64,000 bases of DNA from Botryllus schlosseri (GCA_051294905.1 CM119374.1:14880001-14944000), one strand, 5' to 3'; numbered from the stretch's first letter, positions 23,501-38,500 are shown. Numbers and translations are program-made. The notes: generated by a model from the letters alone, not told the origin.

Positions 23501-26500
23501 GTAAGAAGCTGTTTACTGAATGTTGGCAAGCATTTTTCGAAGTTCCACAGAAGTCAAATATATAACTGCAATTTTCTGCAATTTTCACTATTTTTAAAGG
23601 GTATTTCATCCTGAATCAGCTTCCCGTCTGCTTTGTAAAGTGCCTGACACTCAGTTTTATAGTTAAATAGTCTGCTCAATCGCAATTCCCTCTGTCTCAG
23701 AATTCATACGCCTACGTAAACGCGGCTTTCTCTGCTTCTGTCACCAACGGCGTCATCCACAATGCGAGTATTTCGATGGGCGGTATCAACAAGGACTTTG
23801 TACGCGCTACCAACACCGAAAAATATCTGGAAGGCAAAAATGTGAACTTGGAACTGACCTTGTCAGGTACGAACCTTTCAGAAGACTTTGTACCATGGGT
23901 GACACGAAAATCAACTAAAATACCATGGTTAGGTAACCTTTATGTGCATCATACTGGCCACTCAGCAGGCTACCCAATTAGGCGTACAATTCAGTCTTTC
24001 TGGTAATGTGGCACCATCCTTATAAGCGGCAAGAATGTACATTAGGAAAGAAATGGAATTCCAGATCTAGTCCATATCCGTATTTGAGATATGTTAAAAT
24101 TAATTTGAACTTGGACATTCAATTATTCTTGACTTTCAAGTTTTATAAGACTTTCAAATTAATTTAATACGTTACTTTGCTCCTTGGCCAATCTGATCAC
24201 TATAATCAGTCATTTTAAATGTAGCAATTATATTTGAATATTTCAGGAGCTTTGGAAGTATTGAACGATGAAGTCATACCAGTATCGTACAGTGCAGTCG
24301 AGACATCACCGGAATATAGAAAATCAGCTGCGTTGGGACTCTTTTACAAAGTATGAAATCTAAATAGTATGGTACATTTGTATCCTGACACAGCATAATA
24401 ATTGTTGTATTAGTCAATTGTATTGTGTTTTGTTTTCGATCGCATCATCAAACGCAGTATAGGAAAGACTCTAATGGTGTGACACTAGAATATAATGATA
24501 TCAATTAGATATTTATCCTTTTTTCAGTTCTATCTGTATCTCTGCGACACGTTGCCTGCCAATGCTGTTTCGGCGATTGAGACATTGGAACGTCCTGTTA
24601 CAAGCTCGACACGTACCTATGATTCGGATGCAAGCATGTTTCCTGTTACGGAGCCTATTCCAAAGTTGTCTGCTATCAAGCAGGTAAAATTATACCATAT
24701 GAGTTTCATTGTGTTGTATTACTTTTCAAAATCATTTCACAATGTCCTCCTAGATTGCCGACATGATAGAGCGCGGCGCTGTTGTTCCAACAGAGTATCT
24801 ATAAACCCTAAATCATTGGTACCACTAGTATTTTTATCTGCTCGAGTCAGACCGTGTACAATAGGAATGCAGGTGATCAATCTAATACAGGGGACACCAA
24901 CCTTTCTGAAACCAAGAGCTATGTTGTGGTTACTGATTAATGTGACCGGTTACTAGTTAGAACAGATAACCCTTACCCACCGGAACTCTCACCAGCGTCT
25001 CCGGTATCAATTGCATTGCCGCACTATGCGCCAAAGCTCCAATCACAGCGTCAAATCTTGAGAATATTAACTAGATTCATGTTAAGCCTCCGCGTGGGCG
25101 AAGACGAGCAACGCCTGATTGAAAACTGTGTGCGTATGTTCAACTGCTGTTGATATGAAACACTTCTTCACTTCGACTTCCAAATATCTCATTTGAATAT
25201 TTGCTATTGCATTATATATTCGCTACTGCGACCATGGGCGACTCATTTGATTCTCGCGGGCACCGCGTTGGAGACCCCTGATCTAATAATATCCACTTCG
25301 GCCTACTGGTATATAGATTTGATTTGTGGCATAACGGTGTCATCGATATTGTGGTACTATATCGATATTCTGATACTCGGGCATTCTTAGATGCTTTCAT
25401 TTCCATTTTTATCCATTGTGTTAGTCTTTGGCCTGGTCTTTCTCTGTGCTTTTTTGTAAAGACGTCATCCGAACAGCAGATAAACCTCTGACAATTCGAT
25501 AGGTACCTCTGCCGTAACTCGAACCAGTGCTTTCTCATGTCATTAGATTAATCACCCGTCATTCTGTAGATCAGTGTTTCCCAACCTTTTTGGATGTCGT
25601 AGCCGCAAGTAAACACTCGAAAATTTGAAGGTGGCTACAGCCAACCTCTGGATCTAATTGAAAAGCATGCGCATAGATTCTATATCGGTTATCTGGACAT
25701 TGATAGACTCAGATTTGCGAGTGCTATACATTGTAATAAACTGAAAATGAATAACATTAATACAACATACTATTATGTTGTTATGTGATAGCTCTTCATG
25801 CATTCCATCACTTACTGCACAAGTATAGGGTGGATTTAAACGGTGAGTAATATTGAACTTATCCTAACTTATACTTGACTATGAGCCGTTATTTCAATGT
25901 TAGTCAAATTGCGCCGAAATTTATTCTTCACAGACACGATATATCAAGTTCTATGGCCAGCGGAACTCAAGATATATCCTTGTCTGACGGGTATTCATCC
26001 ATGTATATGACACTAGTCTGCAAGAATTCTCTTTCCCGGTTTTCAGAAGCGACGTTGGACGGATTTAGACATAATTAATATCCCACATTTTAGCATTCAT
26101 ATACAGAAATTCACAATAACTATTTATATAGATCAGGGGTGGCCAACCTGCGGCCGCAGATGGAAATATGTGCGGCCGTCAAAACGTAATTCAATTAGTA
26201 TGTGTTGGCGGCCGTCGACATGCAAATTGAATTTACGAATCAGCTCTCGAAATTTAGAAAGATTTTCATTTATCTCGAAAGTTTTTTCGCGCTACGCGCG
26301 ATTCAATGCGACTTCAATATTTGATTTTAATTAGTGGCGCCCTTTGCAATCTGAGCTCCACAGTATAGATGCGAACAGCAGAGTAAATGATGCGCCCCAT
26401 ATAGATGTACAAACTTGGAATCGTGTGCTCCTCACGAAATAAAATTATGGTTCTGGTACATTTGGGCGATTCTAATATATTTCCACTATACCGATAATCC

Positions 26501-29500
26501 TGATGGGAGGTCAAGAGACAAACAGCATGCAAGAAAGCGACCAATAATAATCGGCCCACCCAAAGATGCATCATCATTTATAACTTGCTCTAAACTTTCG
26601 AAGACACCCCTTCCATCAACTCTTCCGGTGAATCTATTCACGTCGGCTAAGAGAGGATAAATGTTTGAAAGTAATATATGAAACTACCAATATAATAACG
26701 AGATTTATATGTGAATTTAAAAATTTTGCGTGCTTGGCGCTATAATGACCGCTCCCATCGCGTGACCACTCGAGATTTCAGACGGTATAGTTTGTTTGTG
26801 GTATTCATGGTGTTTGTCGACTACCATGGTCATTTACACCAGGGGACCATATAGTAAGCCGATATCAACAAATAGATTAGCCCGGAGTGGACATAGACAG
26901 TTTAACATGGGTATTGGGCGTCTAGCTAGTTCACTATGACTATGCCCTGGAGTGCGGCCGTGGGCTACATGATTAATCGAAATGCGGCCGTGAATAGTAA
27001 AAAGGTTGGCCACCCCTGATATAGATCATATCGATTCTCTCGGAAGTACAACTCGTGCTACATTAAAACACCCAAATTTGATCCTAAGTATTTGTTGCAA
27101 TGCTATATCGAGGCAGAGAAAAATTGAAAATTCGAGTCTTGAGAAAATATTCGGTAAAATTGCGATTGAGTTATTGACTTTCGGCCAAATCTGCGTCTGT
27201 AATTTGTTGCTCCAGAGAAATGTGGTCCTTTGTCCACACTGGCCAGGATTGATTTTGGTTCAATATCAATTGTTTGACAGGCTTCAGGCGAGGCAAAATT
27301 CATCTCGGATTTTTCAAACCACACTGACGAACTGTTTGCCACCTACGTTATGGCCGAGTATGGAAATGCTGATATCGAAGATATCGATTTGTCTCGGGCT
27401 GAGAAGATGCCTGGATTTCACAGTGTGATCACTGGTAAGACATATGTTGTCGGAAAGTAGCAAATAAACTTTAAGATTTTGTTGTACACAAAGAGGTTTA
27501 TCTACATGCACCACTTCTTCAATGGTGTTGCTTTCATCCTAGTCCGCATTCTACTTGGGCAGTTTCTAATGTAAGAAGACTTACTTTTCGATTTTCCAAT
27601 TGATCCAGGTGGAAGGTATTAGTGAACACAGGGCTAGAAACCAATTACCTCTACTTTTTATTGGTGATCAAGTAAGATTTACCTATTGCACTGCTTGCTC
27701 CAGTGGTTTTTGTTTTTAGACTACTTAACAGTTTTTAAGGCAAAATTGCTTACTGCTTACCAGGGTTGTAACGACTCGAAGCATACTGCCACCAATTACG
27801 AGTTCAAGTATATCACCTTTTGATATCAACAGACAACATCCGCTTTATCAGCAAAGATTGACAATATTGTTGATATTGCATAGAATTCTGATATCATTCA
27901 TACTCTAATAACGACATGTACCACATGAACAGAATATCATACAACTCCAATTAAGTATGTCAGCAATGATAGTTCGCTTATATATACGTTGTTACATTGC
28001 AGCTGCTGATTTACCACCAGAGATTCGAAACACACTGACTCGACCTCCAATGCAGCCACAGCCAATACTAGCTGATGGACATACGAACTTTGCGGGTGAA
28101 CCGGTAGCCATTGTGCTAGCAGGTGAGAGGAACGGAGTTCATTTGGACAGTTGAAATGCAGCCTGCTATTTCCGTATTTTTGAAATGCCGCTATATTAAT
28201 CTACATTACTCTATTTTCAACTGTTCAAGACAGTCCATGTACAGTACATTATACACTGTGATACATGATACACTATGTACTAAGGAGACGTGAAGATATC
28301 GATATGACTAAGCACTGTCTATTAACAAAAGTGCCACACCGGCTTACTGAAATTAATGATAGTGATCACTATTATATGTTGTTGGGATCAAGACACTAAT
28401 GCCTTGTTACTAGTTTTTTCCAGTCACCGCAAATTTTGACTCCAGTCAGGTCATTTCAAATCTGTTCAGTCAAGAGTCAAGTTATGCAAGGTATTAAGAA
28501 AGTCATATATGGTGATTGTTTCTTCAGAATTGATCTTTAGGAGTCTAGATGGCTTGGTTTAAATGATTCTGTGATACCGAGTCTTCCGTATATACCTTGC
28601 TTATCAGTTTATCATATTTCTCCCAGTTATATTTGTGGTGCGCATATTTATTATTGATTTTTGAGAATCGGTCTGCGGTATAATTCCTTTGTCAAACTTT
28701 GTGCTTGAATCACTTCCAAAAATGTCATTGACACTTCGTCGCACGTAATCAGGATGTATTTCGTTATGGTACTGAAACTGTACTGCATTTCATCTTCAGA
28801 CTCTGAACTCCATGCCTCTGAAATAGCCAAAGCCGTCGTGGTAACCTACAAGAATATCAGGCATGCTGTTTGCGATCTCGCCGAAGCAATTGACCGCGAA
28901 ATGTTCTATGAAGAGGGCGATGACCTTGAACGAGGGGACACGGAAAAGGCTTACCATGACGCTAAATTTAAGGTATGTGTTTCGGAGTGTTATCTACCTA
29001 GCAAGCAATCGTATAACCGTCGGTGGTCGTGTTAATGGTAGAACATCGAAGGTTAAAAGCGTTATAATCCGGGTCCTGGTTGTGTTTGCATCCTGACAGC
29101 AGCCATTCATTGATAATTCTCATCTCATTGATTATTTATATGTCTTACCGGTTTAAGACTGACAACATGAAACAGAACAAATTCGAATATGCACACAGCA
29201 CAGTTGCCTACAAACAGACTTCAAAATGCGTAATTGATTTGCGTTAACACTCCTCCTCCATTTCCGGCTGTCCACGTCTCTGATTACGTTCGTTATGAAT
29301 CCCTATTACTGTTCACTATGATTTGAGTTCGGTACTAGAATCTGAATCAATCATTATTACGTTATTTTTTAGTACTGTAATTATAGTTTTCATACTTTTT
29401 GTTGAAACCTCGATCTGCCGTATCACAGCATCCCAGACATGCGGCACAAAGCTACTTGGATTCGACATTTGTGTGAAGTATTGATCTACTTGCAGATACT

Positions 29501-32500
29501 GTCTCAAAGCACAATGAAATTGGCATGGTCGAAAAATACCATATTATTTTTAATGTGGCGTATAACAGGCATTATTTTTTGTGGTTGCATAAAAGCTACA
29601 TATTTTTAATTACCCTAACGTTCGTATTGTTATGATGTGATAATGAGCGACACTAAAGTATTGGACTCTACACGTACCAAGTACAAGAATTGAATCACTC
29701 AGGAACTCGATTTTACCCACCTCTATTAATCATGTTTATGTGCAAAATTACAAACCATGATCCAAGTTAAAAATTTCAAGTTCCCAATTTATGCCGTGGT
29801 GAAACTGAGATGGCATAATGATCAGTTTGGAAATCCCGTTTTAAAAACCTTTTTTCTTTTTGCCATTGCCTTCTTTTTCCGTGATATTAGAGATTCGCTG
29901 AAAGACAAGTGCCGATTTCGGCAGGTTACAGGACGAGCCAAGATCGGGGCGCAGTATCACTTCTACATGGAGCCGCAGGTCTCGAAAGCCATCCCTACTG
30001 AAGATGGATTTGAATTGAAGATGGCCACCCAGTGGCAGTACATGGTCCAGCAGAATTGCGCCTATATTTTGGGATATGACGTCAACAGGTGGGGGATCTG
30101 TTCAGGAATACGCTGGTCAGTGATCGCCACTAGTGAGACTGTAATATCCTTGTCGTTGTGCGAGTTCTTAACGCTAGTTTGTGTATGTTGGGGAGATTGT
30201 GCGTTTTGGCTAGTTTGTGTGTTTCGGGCTTGGCACAATGATTCATGTAGTCAAATCCAAGTTGAGTATAAATGGTAATGATTACCGTTGTGTAGTCGAA
30301 TTTTTTAAGCAAAAAAATATGTGTATTCACACCAAGACTACTATTTATCAGCCAAAAATATAGTTCTAATACTATATTCCCACTATTTGAGCCTCGAAAG
30401 CTCGGTTGGCAGTAACATTGCGTTGAAAAACATATTGCACGAGCTTACGTATACTTGTGGCAGGGTTGTAACCAAGTCACAAGGTTCCGAGTGACAAGTC
30501 AATCTCACTTTTATAGTTTTGACTCGAGCCAAGACGAGTCATTTCAATTCACCACCGAGTCAAGTCCAAGTCACGGAGTAGAGTGTCGAGTCCGAGTCAC
30601 AGTGTTTTGACTCGAGTCCGAGGCCAAGTCATTGTGTTGACTGTTCACTGTTCAGTTCCGAGTTAATGTCATGTGAAGACCACTTTTTAGAACTGTGCTC
30701 GGTGAATCTAATTTTCCTCACATTCAACAGTTTCTGGTAGCATTTTCAAGTACCAGTACTGATAGACGAAATAATAATAGTGTCATGAATTTACTACCAT
30801 TCTTCGAAATTACAATGAAATACCTGTCTTGGTAGACCCCAGTTTCGAGTCATATGTCTTGGTCCGAGTCATGCGCAATGACCCAAGTACAAATTGACTC
30901 GAGTCGAGCCATTTTTCATTTTTAAGAAAATGACTCAAGTCAAATTGAGTCACCAGAAAATCGCGACTCGAGTCTGACACAAGTCTGACCCGAGTCGAGT
31001 CATGACTTCAGTCATTACAACCCTTACTTGTGGTACTGTGTTTCTGTCAAGTAATGGTCCACGCTTGGAAGAGTCACAAAGCGATACAAAATAGTGTTGG
31101 TTCTGAATTACAAAATTACCTTGCACGATGAGTAACTGTGATGATTTTCCTCATAGCCGCAAACAAGATTGATATTCAAATTTTTGATGTCATTATTACT
31201 GTTATAGCATCGTAATATGTCGTACCGGAATACACGAATTGGTATCGAATCTCTCAGGTATTCGATTATTCCTAACTCTTTTCTAGGACTGTTGCCATGA
31301 GCTGTTGCAGTGGTCCTAGTCTACCAGAATCATCCACTTCAGTTTACGATGTAGAACGTATGTTGGAAACATCAATGTAAAACCTGACCGAAATAACATA
31401 GAATAGTTACTATATCTAAGACCACAGCCAAATGAGAATAGAATGAATACATATGCAAAAACACGATGGGTGCAAGCCACGTCATCAGGCGAAAATGAGC
31501 AATGCATCATGGTAGAATGCAAGCAAAAAGCAAAAATGCATGATGGAATAAAATAACCCAGTAAATTTTATGACGGAGTCTGTGCGGCACAGAAAATTAC
31601 AAGTCGTTCAAGTTGTATACAAGTCAAAAAACCAGTTATGTGGCTTCAGAAAGTATGATAGTACATGAAGTATTCCAGCCCATGAATTGAATTTTTATTG
31701 AATTGTTCAATGCGATCAACACTACTATTATTTTCATCTACTGTAGACACAAGACACGTCACTGTGTAATGAATGAATTTGAAGGTATCGAAACGACCAT
31801 ACGCGGTCAATCAATCTGAGATCAAAATCTAAAAAGAATCCTAAATTGGCAAGTTATTTAAGTATGGGATCTGCTTGACTACACAGAAAGATAGAAGTAG
31901 GTCATCAGTTTGCTTATTTGAGACACTGTTTGCCTTTCTAAGTAATTGCTAACAGTAGGACTAGTAGTAGTAATTAGTCTTTCCATTAAGAAGTATGGTT
32001 TTCAAGATACCTATATAGTAGGGATGGTGTGAACGTGTGGTTCACGTTCGCTTTCTGTGTGTGAACCTCAGAAATTTAGAGGTTCACGTTCACAAACGAA
32101 CCTTGGTAGATTCTGCACTGTGAACCTTTTTCATATATTACAATTTTCACTTCATTATAACATCTTTGGTTAAAATTTATGGCATTTCAACTGCGGGCCA
32201 CTCTATGCATGGCGCTGGCTTCCAAAAAATCAACACTAAACGAGCATGCACTTTGACAATCTCAAAAATTTTACTTGCTTTGTTACAAAAGTTTGCTCGA
32301 AATATCCAGCTTTCCGTTGATATTGATATTGTTGTCTGGTGTAAAAAATCTAGCAGGCTTACGGGTTCAATCTCGATTTCATATGTTTATTGTATAATAA
32401 AAATCAAATCCGTGCGATTGGGGTGTTGACTACTGCTGTATAACTTATTTATGGGGTAATATCGTTAGCAAGTATAGAAACCCGTTTTATACTCTGCTCA

Positions 32501-35500
32501 ATAACAACGTCGCAATACTCAGACACCCAATATGTCTGGCCTAGATCGTTAAGGTGTAAGCTTATATTCCCTTGCAAGTCCTTGTCGAAATTGTTGACAA
32601 AGCGACGGAAGATATTGATTTTATGGGATTATTTTATCATTTGATTGCCCCGGTTGATACATTTTGCAATGTTTGAAACGTCAAAATGTACTTCAGCATT
32701 GCGGCATTATGTGGCCCAAGTCATCGCAAGGTATGGTGCTGTACATTAAATCATAGGCTATCACTTCACTGAAATGTAGGGTTGGAATTAGCAATATGAC
32801 ATCACGCGACGTCATGAGGTTCACGTTTACGTTCACACAGAACCTTTCAAAAAGGTTCGCGTTCACACGAACCTGAACCTTTCAGACGTTCACACCATCC
32901 ATACTATTCGAGACGTTTTGATACATTTCTGTACCAATGTATCTGTAAAGCACATAACTTTAGTGATGATCTAAAAGCAATGGAGTTGCATGTACCAATA
33001 ATAATACAAACATGTAGCGTGATTGCACCCTTACATGGTTTGAACATATTTTTAACAGGGTGAATTTGCGCACTGGCAGAGTTGGTGGGGCGTACGGAGG
33101 AAAAGGGACAGCCAGTTGGTTGTCAGGTGCCATACCAATTGTTTCAAGTTACATCACTGGTATGTTCCGAAACACTAATGACACTTATCATTGGTTGCTG
33201 TGTCAGTTTATAACCCAGTGTAACAACATACAAGTTATCAAGTTTTTTGTTGTTGTTGATGAATTGATAACTTTGAATGCCTCAATCAGCAAGTTCAGTG
33301 ATTCCCAAAGTGGGCGACAGCGCCCCCTGGAGGTGTTAGCGAGTGTGAAGAGGCTGTTAAACAATGTTCCCTCTAATTTTCCACGAGTCCGCGCGCACTC
33401 ACCAACTCCCTGGGACAACAGTGCGGAACGACTAAAAAAAGGTCATCTCATAACTTAGACTTTTCCGTGCGCGTCCCCTTAATACAGACGCCATTGTCTT
33501 GACCACACATAGACTTGCCTCAGCTAACGCATGAATAATGATTCTGACCGAAAGAATGTAGCCATATTTACAGATAAGATGTAATTAAGTACTAATTTGA
33601 AAATTTATCAGAGAGCCATATATGGTTTGTGAGATAAAGGTTCCCGACTCCTGATACAGACCATTCTTACATGCCCATACTACCCAAGTTTAACGTAGCT
33701 CAAACATGTATGGTACCTTGGATATATCTAGCCTGTCCAATTTGACCACTGCTACCGAAAATCTCATTATCCTTACCTCCACCTCAAGTGCAGTTTGTAT
33801 GATATCTGCAATAGTCGGATGGTAAAATAGTATTTAGTGATGTAATAACGATCAATTCTATTTATTTAGGACGTCCGGTGCGATTTACCGCAACGTTGGA
33901 ACAGTGTATGGAGACGTTTGGAAGACGATCCGAGTATATTATGGATTATAAAATAGGTAGATAATAAAAAATAGAATATTCCCCTATTGTATTTTCCATG
34001 TGTGAGTTGAAGCCTGATTTTGACTAGTGATATCCACTTGAAGAGTAACCGATACATTCAACATTGGACAAATGACATATACACATATATATGTTGTGTT
34101 TGTGTCGAATGATGTAACTTGCAGAGCATCCAATTTTCCCATTTTTCCAAACACCCACTTTCCCACACGTTTTCCAAGTGCGCTCAATCCACGAGAAGTA
34201 CCAAATTGTTGGAACTCCATTACAAGTAGAAGAAATTCTGATGATTTCTACCTTATTACGAGTAGAAGTAGAAACTGTCAAGGCATTTGAACACTACTTC
34301 TCACGTATAAGTGGAAAACAATGTCTGTGACACACTCAAATAAGGAGGTTGAAGAAGATGAGTCATCACCGAGTTTTGCACTAATCAAGAATCAATTCAC
34401 TGAACCGAAATAAAGTGCCCACGAATTTACCCAAACCAATACAATCGCTGATAAAGTGAAGGATGATTTGTGTCTAATCTGATAAAATCGTCCATATTGT
34501 TGGCCGTAGACTCTGATGATGTTTGATTCAGGTGTTGACAGTGATGGGCTCCTACAATCGATTGAAGTGGATTACTACGCCAATTGCGGTAGGTTTCTGA
34601 CCCAAGCCGAGTACTGGAAAGGAGCTATTGCGAGATTTTCCGATAGTGGTGAGTGCATTGTTCTATGTTGCGCAAATATGTGGAGTTCTGCTTCACCGCA
34701 TATCAGACCGTCTCTGGGTGTGTTCCTTACTCTAGTTAGGGGTTCTTAACCAGGGGGTAACTTCGGGGCGTATGGAGCACCTCATCAGGGGATACGAGAT
34801 GGATTGTGGAATTAGGCCTATACGGTAACTAGAGCCTAAAATGATTTTGCAAACCATAGTGGAATATTTTCTGGTTCAAACATTTTCGTCGCTCTAGGTG
34901 CGATTTCATATGGATGGTATTTTTAATTCGAGTGGAGCTGCCATCACAAGTTGTGTTGAAAATGGAGAAATTTAATTGCAAGCTCAAGTGTTTCTATGTA
35001 TATATGTGGCTATCCAATGGTGGGTCGTGAAAATTTTGCAGTGACTTGCCACTTTTTATCCATAACTTCGACTTAGAACATGCTTCCATAAAAACAGCAC
35101 CTATCCACTCCTTCAAATCATATTTCCCTGCTCCAACACCCGAATGGTCAAAATCTCACGTACAGACTTCCCAACCATGCTTCATACCAAGCAATATATG
35201 TTCCCCTTACATCTCTCTCTCTATCTCTCTCTCCCTCTCTCATTTGACACAAGGCCAGCGTTACAGGGTTAACATCATGACAACGATGTTTTCATGATGA
35301 ATAATTCAAAAATGCAGTTCTCTTGATGTGTGGGTTTCATTTTATGTACACTATTGATACTTATCATTCACTAAACACTGTCTTTTACTCTAGTGTGCCT
35401 AGTTCATAATCTACGATTGCACCCGTTGATTGTAAGATGTGGGACTAATAAAAAAAATCTGCATTCGAATCTCAAAATCTCTTTGAGCTAACTGGTAAAA

Positions 35501-38500
35501 TGATCATGTCAAATCTTATTCCAGAATTTGTTCCGCTATTTGTAGGCACACCTTGTCTCTTTTCGTCACAGGATACTTTTGCCCGAACTGGAAATTGTCA
35601 GGGAAAAACGTCCGTACCAACATGCCTGGCACCGCTGCTTGTAGAGGTCCACAGTGAGTATTCATATACCTATGTACCTTTATTCGGTTATAGTGTTAGC
35701 ATAGGCAATTGATAAGTTATGGGAATATTAGATTACACAATAACAGAAAATATATATAATTGCAATAGATTCATATTGAAAATCCGAATATTTTCGGCTG
35801 GCAATCCTCAGGAGTTTGAGGTGATAATCGTAGTAATCATCAGATTATATATTTTCATCCGATCAAGACATATAGGGTGGAGCCCAATTCCTCTGCTGAG
35901 CATCGATTCTCTACTCAGTAACGATTTCGTGACTCAACTAACGCCAAAAAGTATGCTCACACTCAAATACGTTCGGATCGACTCTCAAATTTAAGTTAGC
36001 GCTCCACGAGACTTGAGTGTCAATTCTTACGGTCGAACAGCCAGCTGTAGGCATTTTAGGCAGCACTCGGTGCAGGTTGGCCAAATATACCGGAGTACCG
36101 GTATGGTCGTATTCGATAATGAAATACTCTTATTGCGTTCTGCTAAACGAATGAAATCAGTGGCGCCTGTACCATTTCGATCACCCTGGATCACCGGTTC
36201 TAGAATACTGCCTTAGACCCTTTTCTTCTCTTTCCATTCGCCCATTTTTGAGTATATTCTTCAACGGGTCATTTTCTTGTCTTTTATGTCATCTCTAGAA
36301 CACGGGGGAAAATTAGACTAGATAAACCTCTGACGCGGAATTAAACTTGGCCCCCTGCGCAGCTAGCATTGGATTTCACCACTACACTATCTCCCCCGTA
36401 TCATCAGCTCAATGTTAAGCCAAGATTATTCAAATTTTCATGCCTGTCACGACATATTTAGTGAGGAAACTGTTGATATAGGCCTACAAAGTCCTTTCGA
36501 ATCCTCTACTAGCTGTTGACGATTACCTCAGACGAGTGCCAGCTGAAAATATTTGAGGTTATATCAATGTGACTATATATTATTCAATTGTATATTGAAG
36601 CTCGGTACCTTCAAGAGTTTTTTCCAATGAGTGTCACAGCAACGTATAGCAGAATTCTCAATTGCATAATAATGTCTAATATATGTCTATATTGCTTTGC
36701 CGAATACATATTATTGAATGAAACATGATTTATAATAATAATTATGAATATAATAGATAAGATATTATCAAGGAGAAAATGTCTGTCATGTGAATTTTAA
36801 TACAGTCATGTAATATTGTGTATAGAGGTATGATACATGATTATGAGTTATTATGATATCTCTCATGCGTCCAGGGCAACTCAATCGTCCATGTTTATGG
36901 AGATGGTTCTCGAGCATGTTGCAAAGGTCGTAAAGCAGGATCCAATGGTCATCAAGCAAAAAAATCTCTACAAATCTGGGCAAGTCGACCTTTCCGGAGC
37001 GACGTTGACAAATTTTAAGCTTCGGGACATATCACAAAGTATGCCTGTTTGTCACCGGCAAACACAGCCTACAACACAGCAACACATGATATAATCAACT
37101 TTCTATCACAGCACTTCTTACAAATGCCGGTGCTGCAGCGAGACAAAAGGAAGTGGACACTTTCAATAAGGAAAATAAATTCAAAAAGAAAGGACTCGGC
37201 TTTGCGCCGATCAAGGTTGTGTAAGTTTCCCAATCGGTTAGCTTTTGAAAACATGACAAGGCGTTTGTAGTTTTAGGTTGCATTTCAAAGTATATGAGGC
37301 TTTATCCATAGCACCCATTTAATCTGGTTCTATTGGGAATTGAATTTTAACAGAAATTCGTTTTCGTAGCGGGTTGTAATCGACTGGGTACATGTAGATC
37401 ACTATACCATTTGTTGAATATAGGATTTCAGACAGTTTCTGTGATTGTCTCACTTTTCCAATGGTTTCCTAAAATCTATTTAGAATCGCATGGGACAGCT
37501 TTTGCTTCGGCTCTCAAGTCAGCATTTTTGCCTCCGATGGGACTGTGATTTTAACAACCGGTGCTGTTGATGTCGGACAAGGCGTCAGTACAAAAGTAAG
37601 AACATTGCTGCTTCGATTGCTTTGAGTCTTTAACCTCTTGGTGGCGGCACCCGCTTTTAAGTCGGATTTTAACTTTGCCACTGCATATTTATCGTTCTAG
37701 TGAGCGTAGACGGTTGGGATTTGTTGCAAAGGGTAGATATGTGTAATCACTCGGGAAAGCAATCACCGTATCGACCACAAACTCTCTTGAACTTCGTTGT
37801 AATTGTATCTAATGTTGATGGCTTGCGGCGAAATCGCGTGTCACACGTCAGTGTTGAATTGAGTGAGGTATGTATCATTGTTACGTAACAAATACACAAT
37901 AATTCCACAAAATATGCCCCTCAATATGCACCAAGTTTTTACGTAATCACTCGCGAACACAGCTAGGTAATTCTTCCAGTGAAGGCTTGATGTAAAGCTG
38001 AGATTCTGCAGTTGTCACAGCATCAGTAGTACTGAGTTCCGACGCCGCCTAGCCCTATCGGAACCACAGGCGCGAGAGTGAGAGAAATTCATTTTTCCAA
38101 AAACAGAAGTTGTTTTGCGGAATGATTACGGAACTAAATCGAGATTTTACAACCGATTGGATGGCGTAGTCAGTAAGTGCTATATCCCAGCTTTCGTGAG
38201 GTTCGTCAGATGGCGAGTTCGGACCCCATTAAGTAGCCTTTTTCTGCGTTGAAGTTTTCGAGTTTTTTGTTTCATTCCCGCTGCCGCTGCCAAGAGGTTA
38301 AGGGTCATTTGGTTTGTGAACTGCCTTTGTATATAAAGATAACCCCACCATTTGGACGTTTCCCATTTTGGATAGCATGTTTCTGACATTATCTCTCTAA
38401 TGCATTCATGAATATGGCCACACATAGTCCATAAAACCCTATTCCTAAGGGTGGGGGCCAAAAATATAGATCAAATAAAAGATCTGGGGATTTTGCACGT

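Noticed and set aside
26134-32903. Identical 885-bp length of the 26134 and 32019 elements as evidence of relatedness
   Set aside because: Their TIRs, subterminal motifs and internal sequence differ, so the equal length is treated as coincidence.
37740-37890. Solo LTR (TG...CA)
   Set aside because: There is no convincing TSD (GATA/AATA only), no PBS or PPT, and no second copy in the window.
38180-38461. Minus-strand 93-aa ORF as a nested gene
   Set aside because: It has no recognisable domain or splice support, and its length is within chance expectation.
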